A stretch of 63,869 nucleotides of DNA, counting the filler, from Craspedostauros australis (lineage: Eukaryota), in NCBI GenBank assembly GCA_030167865.1. It is 8 parts of 8 records of this genome, joined end to end, with 100 filler letters (N's around TTAATTAATTAA, not from the genome) between each part and the next. Parts side by side here need not be neighbours in the genome. Positions count along the whole stretch, not along the records: positions 31,818 to 44,781 come from JALAGF010004089.1; positions 44,882 to 48,058 come from JALAGF010004093.1; positions 48,159 to 50,929 come from JALAGF010004094.1; 5 more parts are not named here. One strand, given 5' to 3'. The position numbers and the translations under genes are program-made. The notes beneath the pieces were generated by a model that was given only the letters and a program-made list of their open reading frames with translations, made no database searches and was not told the DNA's origin. Below, piece after piece: positions 36,557 through 49,237 of the stretch (its first letter is position 1; every line of letters starts with the position of its first letter).

Positions 36557-38103
36557 CTATGCGGAGCTTGGGTCTGGATGGCGATTGCGCGGATGTTGGT
36601 GTGTTGTGTGCGTTCGGAATATGTTGTGTGGGATTGCATTGCGTGGCGGGGATCGAGGCGTGTGTGAGGAGAGAGCGGAGTGGAACAGAATACACCCAGT
36701 GGCCTCGTGAACGAGATCGAAATAAGACAGCGCTGCACCTTTAGATGCATTCATTTTCATTCTTGACGTCTCGGTTTGTGTCGGTTTGTCATGGGTAGCT
36801 ACTTGAACGAAAGGCCGCGCAACGGAGTCGCAAACTGAGCAGCCCCAAAACAATCACCAACAACCACCACACATACTCGTACGAGTAGAAAACTCCATCA
36901 CTTCAGAAACGCGACGATGAACACTTACAATCGAATGCGCTGGTGATGCCAATCATCTTGCAGGCCTCCTTCTTGTCCACTCCTCTCTTTTTGACCATGT
37001 ACGACTTGCATTCGAAGATGTTGTCGGTCCAACGGTGCGCTGCGTTGGTGGTGATCTTGAGTTGCTCTTCGAGATCCGCCAACGCGGCTGGATCATTCTC
37101 CGCCATCACCTCGATCTCCTTGAGCAGCGTCTCTTTCTGCTTCTTGATCTCGCCGAGCTCGGCAAGTCTGCCGGATCTTGTCGCAGTTGCGGCAGTGGTT
37201 GGCCCGTTGGCAGCATCCCTCTGTGGCGGCTGCTGTTTATCGCCGCTTGACTTTGTGTTCTCCTTGCTGCGATCTCCTGCCATTGTGTTCTTGTCGTCGC
37301 ACATCGCGTCGGCGTCAGCATCTGCTTTCGTCTCTGACATGACCACGTCGGTCTCCTGGCGTTCCATCCGCGCCTGTACCAGCTTCATCTTTGTCTGTTC
37401 GATCTTCTCGTTGATCTCATCGATGCCTCGCAAGGTCTGATCGTGCCGAGTGACGGCCCGCCATTCCTTGATGCCGGCGAACGCCCAAAAGTAGTTGCTG
37501 CCGCCAATCTTCTCCTTGCAGATGAGCCCTTCGTCCACGAGCGCCTGGTGGACGTCGGCGACGGCGCTGCCGCTGACACCGGCTTTGATCGCCAAGGCAA
37601 GTACCTCCTTTTCGATGTACACCTGACCAGTCTCGTGGTAGATACTGTGATGATGAGTTCGGAATTTGTCGTGTAATGCAATGCAATACAATGCAATACA
37701 ATGCAACACAATACAGTGCGTGGCATGGTATGGCATTATTGAGAAGGCCAAGAACTGGGTGAGTTTGATGTGTCGGCACGAATTTCCGACTTCCCGCTGG
37801 CTGCGTGTGCCAAAACAGCTGCTCTCCTCTCAGGAGCACGAGAGCGCGTGCATGGAGCATCCACAGTTATCGTCTGCGGGTGTGCTCTTTGGCGTGTGCA
37901 TGGATGCGCAAGTGCGCCTGGCGAAAGAGGCGATGACTTGTTACCAGCGCTGATGTGGAAGTTCACGATTGTGTTTTACTGGCTCCGACTGTACTACACT
38001 TGAGAGCGCTCTCGAGACAAGCACGAAATCAGCCCCTTCGCATCACTCACCCCATGATCACCTTCCGCTTTTCCTCCGCGGACATTCGTTTGGATGTCAC
38101 CAT
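36557..38103 (-). CDS. MND1: Meiotic nuclear division protein 1. Exons 38103-38051, 37644-36929, 36573-36557
   Basis: Spliced product MVTSKRMSAEEKRKVIMGIYHETGQVY...LVDEGLICKEKIGGSNYFWAF...ENDPA...AAHRWTDNIF...AFDYPSSA*. Introns GTGAGT..CAG and GTAAGT..CAG. The last micro-exon is inferred. Confidence 0.9.
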
Positions 38104-41100
38104 CTTGTCGCTGCTGCCGCTGCTACGTTGATACCGCTGCTCTTGTTGCCGTTGTCCTTCCCAATGATGATTGTGTTGCTGCTACGACTACTGCTTGTAC
38201 TCAATGTATGGTATTATATCATCTAGCATCTACGAGTATGTTGCTGCGTTGATGTTGAGTAGAATGCTGAAGCGACTTCTCGAAATGATTGTGCCAGACA
38301 TGACACACTGATGCAAAGGAGAGATCTGTGGTCGGTTTGTTTGGATTGCATCTCTCTCTCCCTTGTTGCTTGGAGGCCACCCAGGAAAGATTGTTGTTGT
38401 TTCTTGTTGTTGGTGTCAAGTTTTGTGGCGATGTGGAGGCAAGTTCTGACAAGACATGCTAAAGAATCGAAAGTAGAGAGGCCTGAGTCACCAACAATGG
38501 CCGTCGGCGAATACTCGCGCCAACTCTGGTCTCCAACTCGGACGAGCAATCCGTCCATCACCTCATGATCTCCGTATCTCTGGCTGTGATGTACGAGTGT
38601 GATCGAGTACGAGAGAATCCACGCCATGCAACTTCATTGATGTGATGGCGGTGGTGTGCAATGTGCGGTATGAGAGTGCGAACGAAGCGACGAGCAACCA
38701 ATGCGTAATTGTGCGCGTGTGTGAGAGAGCGCGCGAGAGATCCGATCATTCATGAATGTTCACACAGACGCTCTGCTATCGCATGTCCCTGCCATGGCAA
38801 CCGCCACGGCGCTCCCTCCTCCCTGCAATGCAGCACTCAACAATCCGAAAGACTAATCGTTATACCCTCCATGTTCATCGCAAAGACGAAATTCAGGATG
38901 TATGTGTTGTAGTGTCGTCATTTTGTTGTGTCGCAACATGCTGGTTGGTTGGTTCGTTGGCTGGCTGCTTGTCAAATTGGTTGCTTCACTCACTCAGGGG
39001 TATGGAGTATGTAGAGCATGAGCACATCCTCGTCTTGAATGAGGATGTCCACCACGTTTTTGCGCGGTGCCGAGAGACTGGGCACTCCGCATATTTGTCG
39101 CAAATACGATACGTGACGAACAGAGCATAGAATAGCGAGTGTACGATCGTGCTCCGTAAAGCTGCGTTCGTCATGGTTGGTGCCTTCGCACGAGGCTCGC
39201 CTGGTGCTGCTGCGATTGCTGCTGCGAAGCTAGCCAATCTGTGATGTGGCAATGGGAAGAGAGGAGAAACACGACGAAGTGGACCTGTACCCAAACAGCA
39301 AGTGGTGGTGAGACCAAATTGGGTGGTGGAACCGTGCGTCATTTCGGTGAATGTGCTGGTTGATCATGCTTGGCCACAAGTAGTCATATCTCAGGTCTCT
39401 CTTGCCGGTGGAGTGGAAGGACACTACGAGCGCTCCGATCGGACTTGTCAGACAGAAATCTCATGATGTAGAACAACACCTCCATCGGGAAATGGCTCGG
39501 CCACCCGTCGGGTATTATGAATATACGGTTTGTCTTCACCCAAGTCCTTGACCAACAAGAGAGAGAAGGGGAGCGAGAGCTTTGCAAAGCAGAGTTGACT
39601 GCGAGTACCAACAGACTGCCAAAGACAGCAGCCGCAGAGCATTCAAGCACCATTGGTTCCATCACATCCTTTTCCAAACTTACACCATGCATCAGCGCAT
39701 GGATTGTGCGCCTTCCTTTCCCTTGGGCCTCACATCTCCTCGAAACGCAACTGCGGCATTGTGCCAGCAGGAATGTCCCATCCTCGCGTCAAAGACCGCG
39801 CATCACGTGTTGCTTGGTGCCGAACGTGGCATCATCGATATTGGGATGTCACCATCTCGCTCATGTTAGTGTACTTGTTGAGGCGGCTTTTGAACTTGTT
39901 TGTGCGTTCATTCGTTGATTCATGCTCTCATCGCTCGGCATGGGGCGCACATCATTGTGACGACAGTATTGGTGGTTGTACACAAAGATTGGGCTGCCTC
40001 TCCATGATGGTTACGCTGTTGCCATTCTTCCTGTCGTTTGTTGTGTTGGTGTTGGTGTTTGTATTGGCAGGTTCGCATTGGTGACCATTTTGTTTGGTTG
40101 GAGACTGTGTGGTCTGTCCGTCTGTTCCAAGATCCGCGCCAAACAACAGTACTGGTCGCCATGAAAGATCTTTGTGGGCAGCGACGTGATCGCGGCACAG
40201 TCGCACAGAACCACGCACAATCCACCCAAACCAAACATGGACACACATCATCTCTTCTTCCGATGTTGTCGACAATGGAGATGATGGCGGCGACGGCTGC
40301 GAGGAAGAGGAAGTGGCGTGCTGGTTGACGTCATAGAAGGATCCAATGATGCGATCTGCCGTACTCTACTTGAGTATTATTTGATGTAATCGTTGAGGAG
40401 GTAAGGAATCCACTGCGGCACTGCGAAGCTGACGAGGAGAGCACCATGTTACATGTCACATGTTTGAGCTCGTAGCGTGGCGAGGAATGCCGACGCTTGC
40501 CAACACAAACGCGGGCTTCGATGTGCCGTATCCAGACCGCACGCATCATTACTAGGCCTTCGTCCAACATTCTCATGGGCAGAAAGTTTTCCAACCGATG
40601 CAACACAGACCAGCAGGAATACCAACCAACTGTGCGATCGTGCTGCGATCGCACTGTGGCGTTCCGACCGTCGCGATCCGATGCAATGTCGGGTTCGTGG
40701 GATGGCAATCGCAGACAATGCGATCATCATCTCCGCGGCGGCTTCAGGCCCCTCTCATTAAGGGAGAGCACTGTGCTTCTTCACTGTATTGCGATACGTG
40801 ATATCCATGCACCAGTGCTCTGGGAGAGCAAGGGAGCCACAGCACCAAGCACAGGAGAAACAGCGCAGGCACCGACGCATCGTACCGCATCAGATTTGCG
40901 TAGGCTTTGAAGGATAGAATACTATATGTCTGTTTCAGGAAAACCACTCACATCAGCTTCTTTCCTCGTCCTCTCATCTGTCATGCTCCAACGTTCTCTG
41001 TTCTGTTCTTTCTCACACACGCTGTTGCCGCCGACTTGAATCATGCGACCGCATCCACGGTTGATGAAACGCAACCGCGACTACAGGAACGACACAGCCG

Positions 41101-42980
41101 ACAGCACGCATGTTGGCACTTGATGAATCTTGATGGAGCGGAGCAGTCCAGCTGTTGGGGTTGATGCTGGCGCTGTTGATGAGATTGCTTGTGTCGACTT
41201 GTGGTGTCGCCTCCTTGTCGCAAATTTCACCGAACTTGTGCACAAGAAGAATTCCTTTGGGCCTCTCTCTGTGATCTTTCCTGTGAGAGCTAGAGTAGAA
41301 CTCTTCCCCTCTGTTGTTTCCGTCCGAATCCACGAATCTAATGCTCGAGAGCAATCTCAATCGGATTGAGCCTGCTTCATCCCTTGGTTAGTCCGACACT
41401 CCGCTGCTTCTATCTCTTCTCTTCTACCAAGGTCGTATGTATTGGCAATGTACCATGAGTTCACTGGACGAACGCATGGGCCTCCTCGGAGGAAAATGTA
41501 TGCCATCGCCTCACGAGACGGGCAGATGTAGAGATCCCTTGCATCATCTCTAGCCGAACAGATTACGAGCAGAGCCGAAGTGCACACTATCTCCGCGTTT
41601 TGGACGCTACCATTCCGGAGCCTTCACTGGTCCTTCTCTGTTGGTCGGTGGATTGATTTGGATTCATTCTCACCCCTTCAGACGGTATTACCGCAAACGA
41701 TGTCGCTGCCACTTGTGGTTCCAGGGGTAGTGGTGTTCCCTTGTCTCAGATCCTTGCATCGCACTCTCGATACTTCCCGGATTGAGCACACGATTGTGGA
41801 GGAAGATGGGCTGTTGTGACCACCCTCATTCCTTCGATCTGGAGACTTTTGGTGGTTTTGACACAACAATGTGTGGCTTCGATTGCCTTGGTGTGTTGTA
41901 ATGCTGTCTTGAACATGTTGTGCAGTGTCTTGCCAACTACAGATGCGATGCGTCGCGCGTTAGGCCGCCCCCTTGGCACAAGTGGCTTATTTCTCCAGCA
42001 TAAGTATCAACTCATACGTCACCGAAGTACGCTTTGGTGACGTGCACAATGGCAAAAATCCGAACCATCTGTTGGCGCAGAATGTTCCAATACGAAATGG
42101 TGCCAAACATTCTCACTCTTTGTCAGAAACCGGCGAGGGTTCTTCGTCCAACCCACAAGCGAGACCAAGGGGACAAGGGAGGCGAAAACATTAGCGGAGT
42201 GTTTGTTTAGAACTTCTTCGACCGACGGCGAAGATTGGCCTATCGGCAAGCGAAATCGCACGAACAAATTGGAACCAAAAGGCTTAGCGAACTGCGAGTG
42301 TTCGTGAGGGGAATGAACCAACACATCTTGAGGATGTGGTTTGCGCGTCCATTTCTCGATCCTGTGTCATGGCACAAAAGGTTGTTTTTGGATTGTTGAC
42401 TAAGTAGTCAAGGAAGAAGCTTACCTCCGAAGAGGTTCGTCCACGGACAAAGGGTTTCCCCGTGTGTACGCAAGGTGATTGTTGTTATTGACATACAAGG
42501 ACTGAAACCGGCGCGCCAGCACAGCATTTTGTGCACATTTTCTACCACAGGTGTCTGGCCCCAACGCTTTGCCGTGTCCAAAGCACGCATTCGTCAAGCA
42601 CAAAGCACTTAAATTCCAGTTGTGCTCCAAGCTCGCACGTACCATACTTACGGCTCGGACACCACAACAACCACGACAATGCTCCACAAACCTCGGAAGA
42701 GTCAAGGTACCCTTGTTGCGACAGGTACCCATCACACGGAAGTGAGGAGCCACGCCTCGGAACCGCTCCAAGTTGCTGCCACGCAGTCATACCAAGAAAA
42801 ACCACCAGCGCGCTTTCCCGTCTCGATTGCCACAACGCAGACATATTGTAATACTCATAATAGAACAAGCTCATCAGATTCACACAATAACCATATCTCA
42901 GGCCAATCGCAGACCAACCTATTATTACCTCCATCAAGCCATCGGTGTGATACATTCCCCAGGACAGCGAGTCGAGAAGC

Positions 42981-44781
42981 ATGATTTCTGGAGACTCACT
43001 TTCTATCAATCCCAAACAAACAGCAGCCACTGCATCTGCGCCTCCAACGTCCAACCAAACCAAAGGCAAGATGGTCAACTTCGCAACCGATAGTCGCACC
43101 TGCGACGTCCAACCAAACGCAAACTCCAACGCCGATTGTTGGTCGGGCTTGCACAACAGCAGCCTGTCTGGTGTAGACATTTCCGCTCAAGCGCTCGATG
43201 CATTCAACGCTCAACTGAACGGTGGCATGCCTGGAACAACAGCAGCAGCACCTGCTAGGGCCGCAGCCTTCAGCCCAGATGCCTGTGCCAACGGCAACGG
43301 CAACGCCAACCTCAGCCTCGGCTTGGATGCCTTCCAGGCCCAACAGCAGCTGCAGCAGTCACGGCTTCCATCACACAACAATTTCGCCATGCGAAGCTTC
43401 GAGTCATTCGCCAAGGCATCCACCAACAGCGGCCTATCATTGACAATGTCCGTGTTTGGCGGTGCTGCACCTGGAGCTGGAGCTGGAACAGCACCGAGAA
43501 CGCCTGGACTGCCCACCACCAATGGCCTCAGTGGCTTTAATGGCATCAACAGCACCAACAACATCAACGGAATCCATGGATGGGACGGTATGAACGGTAT
43601 GAACGGCTTTGGTGCCCTCAATGGGCTTCACGGGTTGAACGGATTGGGCGGCCTCAATGGCTTGAGCGGACTCAATGGCTTGAATGGGTTCAATGGACTC
43701 AGTGGCATTGGTGTCATTGGTGGCATCAACAGCACTAGCATGAGTGGCATCAATGGTATCAGCAATGACTTCCAGGCCGATCTTGTCGACTCCAATGCTC
43801 CAACCATCAACCAACGAGCTCCAGCAACGTCATCGACCTACCAGCATGCCATCGATACTCAACGAACAGTAAGTTGTGATTGATCCGTCTCGATTTCGGT
43901 AGTATGGAGAGTACTCGTATGGATGGTGATGTTGGTTGAGCGCGCTTCTTCATTTCTTCATCTCACGTTGTATTCCATCGCTTCAATATACTTCGCTGCA
44001 TGGTACTTCACTTTACTTCTATTCACACGCTTCACACCACCCCCACAGGTCTCGCAACCAACATCACCCGCACCATCCCAGATGTCGGCATCAGGATCTG
44101 CGTCAGCATCTGCATCAGTGTGCGCCTCCATGCCACCATCACTGTCGTTGCCACTGTCATTGACGAATGAGTTCATCCCACAGCAACAGCACCAACAACA
44201 GCACCAACAACAGCAACAGAAACTCAACCGTCGAACCAACTGCAACCGCAGCTACAGGCACAGCCACAGCCAGAACCATGGCAGCGCACAACAAGAACAG
44301 CGCTTCGGTGCCTCCAACACACAGAAGTGGATGGGCAAGTACAAGGAGCTCCTCCACTTCGTGCAGCAGCACGGACACAGCCTCGTCCCGCTCGATTACA
44401 AGGCCAACCCATCCCTCGCCCACTGGGTGAAACGCCAACGGTGCCAGTACAAGGCCAAGGTGGCGGGCACCCATTCCACCCTCACTGCGGAACGCCAGCA
44501 GATGTTGGAGGATCTCACCTTCTGCTGGGACTCCCACCGCGCCGCATGGGAGGAGAGGTTCCGACAGCTGAACGGCTTCAAGTGCCAGTACGGCCACTGC
44601 AACGTCCCATCGAAGTACGGTGAGAATCAGTCGCTGGCGATCTGGGTGAAGTGCCAGCGCCGTCAGTACAAGCTGCATCGCGCCGGCAAGAAGTCGAACC
44701 TGAACGATGAGCGCATCTCGAAGCTGTCGCAGATGGGTTTCGTGTGGACGCCTCGGGAGGTGAGATCGTCGCACAGCCCGG
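42981..44781 (+). CDS. HA-domain protein with N/G-rich low-complexity N-terminus. Exons ~42981-43868 and 44049->44781; 3'-truncated
   Basis: Phase-0 intron GTAAGT..CAG. Two HA repeats: KWMGKYKELLHFVQQHGHSLVP...WVKRQR and AWEERFRQL...GHCNVP...WVKCQRRQY...MGFVW. Start may be 43071. Confidence 0.85.
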
Positions 44782-44881
44782 NNNNNNNNNNNNNNNNNNN
44801 NNNNNNNNNNNNNNNNNNNNNNNNNTTAATTAATTAANNNNNNNNNNNNNNNNNNNNNNNNNNNNNNNNNNNNNNNNNNNN

Positions 44882-45508
44882 GCTGATGTCGACTGCGGTT
44901 GAAGATGAAGTCTCAGAAACCATGTACCGCCTCCATACTTGTGTGCAGGATGGATCTGTTCGCATCGTGTTGTGATGTGTGGAGCGTTGTCTCCATGGCG
45001 TTGCTGTTGCTTTGCCAGATCAAAATGACATTGGCTTACTTCAGCCTGTGCCTTTGTCTGTTCCTTCGCTCTTGTCTTTGCTCTCACTCACACGCTCGCT
45101 TTCGATCTTGGTATTGCTCTGTGAATACCGGAGTGTCATCAGAGAGAAACTTCACTTCACATTGCCTCGGAGCCTGGGCGCATGTTTCCGTCACTCAGAC
45201 TGTAATACCATGCACTCCAATCGTGCGGATATCAGCTGCAGGTTGTGGGAGGTTAGCGCGAAAGATCGATGGAGAGATGGAGCAACCTCTGCATGGAGCA
45301 CTCGTATGCAGGATTGATGCGTTCGCACGTTGCGTTGATTGTGCCTGGAATTGCCATTGCGTTCGTGTGGTTCCGCCGGCATACGAGCAGAATGACGGAT
45401 GCCAACCCTGGAGCGTATCCTGTTGTGTTTCTTCGCTCTTGATCTTGCTTTCGACCTTGATCGTGTTCTATGACAGCCTCGCATCATCAGGAGAGAGAGG
45501 CACTTCAC
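44882..45508. repeat. 627-bp reverse-complement copy of 48159-48785 (overlap between contigs 3 and 4)
   Basis: Ends match as reverse complements, the ORF translations are identical, and both copies lie at contig ends. Confidence 0.95.
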
Positions 45509-45824
45509 TTCACATCGCAGCGCAGCGGAGAGGAGTGCATGTTGCTGATTGTGAGCACCTGATTTGGTTTGTTGGTGGTCGGGATAGTGGATCTGAAATG
45601 AAATGATTGTGTGCGGTGTGCAATCCTTCAAGCCAAGAACATAGTAGTCCATCTAGTCGAAGATACTCCTTTCCTCTGTTCCGTTTGTTTTCATGTGTTC
45701 GCATCAGTACGACCAAAGGTACCGACGTGTGCGGTGGCCACTTGGATCATGGGCGTGCACTTGGCACATCCATGTGACTCAGCCGTCCCTCTCTGGTATT
45801 GCACGTGTGCGCATTGAGAGTTGC

Positions 45825-45850
45825 ATCCGGATCCGGATCCGGATCCGGAT
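45825..45850. repeat. (ATCCGG)n hexanucleotide repeat
   Basis: About 4 units, seen directly. Confidence 0.85.
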
Positions 45851-46206
45851 GCGCACCTCTCTCTCTCTCTGGCTCGGGTGGTACTGTTTTCTTCTTCTGT
45901 TGTGGTCGGAAGTTCGGATCTCCAAAGGTGTGCGCAACGAAGTTTCGGAATGGTGCTGGTTTCTCCATCTCATGTAGTTCTCCGGTAGGAATGAAAAAAT
46001 GGCCATCAGCATGTCTCCGTTTTCTCACGAAAACCCCAGTTATGAGAACATGCAGCACGACATAGACGCCACGAGGCCTTCCTCGTGGTCGTACGTGTGT
46101 ACGACAGTGGTGCAGGAGCACAGCCTGCACTTCGGGTGATGTCGATCATTGATCGTCAAATCGCAGACACAAAACGCAGACACCATCTCACAAAAGCAAA
46201 CCGTTC

Positions 46207-48058
46207 ATGCCAACAATGAAATCCTCTGGTTCACCTGCGAAATCCAAAAAGAAAGGTCAGCAAGTCACCATGAAGTGCAATCAATTTGAGATCAAGATTG
46301 CCGTGATGGGCTACGTCAGGTAAGTCCGCATGTTGTCACGCTGGCAAGCTGACATCAAGTCGAATCGGTTGTATCGGTTGTATCCCGTCGATGTCCGTCC
46401 CTTTGCACGTCCTTGTCCATTATCTTCAACAAATTGTTGGTCCACTCGTTGATGAGAGTTGGTGCAGAACATTCCAGAAATGATCTCACCCACACCAAAA
46501 CTGATCTTCTTTGCCGTACTCCACATCTATCTGCTTCCCGTCCGACTCTTCACCAAACGGCACCATTCAGTGTGGGCAAGTCCACTGTTCTCAATGCTTT
46601 GCTGGGAAAGAAGTTCAGCGAAGTGTCAATGAAACGGACCACCGCTTGTGTCAACCATTTCAAGATCGTCCATCCGCAATCAGAGCCATCTGCAGCTGCA
46701 TCTTCGACCAGCAAAGCCAAAGGCGCAAAGTCCAAGGATGTGGCCACCAGCGCGAGCTCGGATGTGTGGTATGACGCCAACGATGAAATAGCTGCGAAGA
46801 GCATCACGTCGGCTGCAGAAACTCATGAGACCATCAAGAAGGACAACCAGGAGCTGCGTGCGAGCAACGTCGTCCAAGAAAAGTCCTTCGTTATCCAGGC
46901 AGACCACACCATCGTTTCCATGAGAAGCGACTGCAATCTAGTGATCACGGATATCCCTGGAATCAACGAGGCCGGCACCGACAGCGTCTACAAGAATTGG
47001 GTGTCCCAGTCCTGGAAGACGTTCGACTGCGTCATCGTTGTGATGGATGCACTGCAAGGTGTCAACACGGAGGAACAGGTCGAGATTCTCAATTTCGCGA
47101 AGAAGAACAACGCAGAATCCAAAGACATCCCCGTCATCGTCGTTGGAAACAAGGTGGATGACCCGGACGACGAAGAAGAGCAGGAGCTTGTCACTGAGGT
47201 TCGAGAGGCCGTGGAAAAGATCTTCGGTTCGGGATGTGGCGCGGATGCACTGACGAAATTCAGTGCGGAGGTCAAGAAGGGCCGTCACTGCACTATCGAC
47301 AGCAAAGGGGGGTCATTCTCCGCCTTTGTTCCGATCTCCGCAATGCGAGCATTCCTCTATCGCACTGCTGCTGGCCTTTCCCTCGAAGAGTTCAAGAAGC
47401 TTGACATGAACTTGATCGGAAAGATTGGTGAGGACGAAGTGGGTCGTTTCAAGTGGAAGAAGATGAGTGCAGAAAAGAAGATCAAGGTCGTGCACGCGGC
47501 AATCCAAACCAAAGAGGACTATGAGGAGCGAATGGAAGCAACGAACTTCGACGCACTCTTGGCTGTCTTGGAGTACGCGCTTGGCGGTGACGCGGTCCAA
47601 GCCTCTTTGATCGAGAAGCAGATCCAGATTGAACTTGCGGGGCTGTCGCAACTTCGTCTTGAGCAAGGAGAATTGTCCAAACATCTCCACCGAGCCCACA
47701 AGAAATGCGTTGCGGTCGGCTTGCCAAATGATCTTGTCAAGGATGCCTTCAAATCCTTCCACAAGCACGACGCAATGAACGCACTGAGGCATTTTCGTCT
47801 TCAGGCAAGGCAAGAGACCCTTGGGAACTGCTTGGGTCGTCTCTATGAGTTCGGAACACTCTGTAGAGACCTTGGCTGGGCCGAAGAGAAGGAATGGGTT
47901 GCAGCTCAGATGCGGCACTTGCTGAAAAAGCAGTTCGTGGTCGTCATCGACGAAAGCAGCGCATGGGATGTGGAAGAGTGGTACAGGAGCTGCCGCACGC
48001 CCAGCAATGACGCATGGAAGTCCACGGAAAGGTCATGGAAGACCTTATCACCAAGAAG
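46207..48058 (+). CDS. Dynamin-like (Dynamin_N) P-loop GTPase. Exons 46207-46319 and 46571->48058; 3'-truncated
   Basis: Splicing restores G1 IAVMGYVSVGKST. G2 KRTT, G3 DIPG, G4 NKVD and PISA follow, then a long helical region. Confidence 0.8.
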
Positions 48059-49237
48059 NNNNNNNNNNNNNNNNNNNNNNNNNNNNNNNNNNNNNNNNNN
48101 NNTTAATTAATTAANNNNNNNNNNNNNNNNNNNNNNNNNNNNNNNNNNNNNNNNNNNNGTGAAGTGCCTCTCTCTCCTGATGATGCGAGGCTGTCATAGA
48201 ACACGATCAAGGTCGAAAGCAAGATCAAGAGCGAAGAAACACAACAGGATACGCTCCAGGGTTGGCATCCGTCATTCTGCTCGTATGCCGGCGGAACCAC
48301 ACGAACGCAATGGCAATTCCAGGCACAATCAACGCAACGTGCGAACGCATCAATCCTGCATACGAGTGCTCCATGCAGAGGTTGCTCCATCTCTCCATCG
48401 ATCTTTCGCGCTAACCTCCCACAACCTGCAGCTGATATCCGCACGATTGGAGTGCATGGTATTACAGTCTGAGTGACGGAAACATGCGCCCAGGCTCCGA
48501 GGCAATGTGAAGTGAAGTTTCTCTCTGATGACACTCCGGTATTCACAGAGCAATACCAAGATCGAAAGCGAGCGTGTGAGTGAGAGCAAAGACAAGAGCG
48601 AAGGAACAGACAAAGGCACAGGCTGAAGTAAGCCAATGTCATTTTGATCTGGCAAAGCAACAGCAACGCCATGGAGACAACGCTCCACACATCACAACAC
48701 GATGCGAACAGATCCATCCTGCACACAAGTATGGAGGCGGTACATGGTTTCTGAGACTTCATCTTCAACCGCAGTCGACATCAGCGCCCATTTCAAGGGC
48801 ATAGGACTACGATGTTCTGCTGTATGGTACACAAGTTCCCTCTTGCGCCATGAGCTTCATTTTGTGTGATGCTCTGACGAGTTCGCGATCGCATTCACAC
48901 GGCGTTTCTGAGGGAAGATGAAATTGGGAACAACGCGATGCAAGGAGGGGAACCTCCACTTTTCGGAAGGACATGAACAGGACAGCAATACTCACGACAT
49001 CAACCATGTGCTCTCCAGCTCCAACAGTTGAAGCTCCTTGCTCTTGGCGTTGTCTGAAAGAGAAACAGGAAGCAAATGGACCGTCATCACCATCATCATC
49101 ATCACTTCTCCTCTCACAAAATCGACAAGCTCCAATTCGAATTGGAACCTTACAGCAACAGCAATAGCAACAGCAACAATTCAGCATCGAATCCTATCGT
49201 TCCATCACTCCACAACATACCATACAGCGCGATAACC

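Noticed and set aside
40300..42900. Short ORFs upstream of the second HA gene
   Set aside because: Fragmented, with no recognisable family. Possibly degenerate sequence but not supportable.
44882..48785. 627-bp inverted repeat around the GTPase, and the duplicated 221-235-aa Cys-rich ORFs within it
   Set aside because: This is a contig-end overlap. The ORFs lack an ATG start and coding features and fall in the shared intergenic region.
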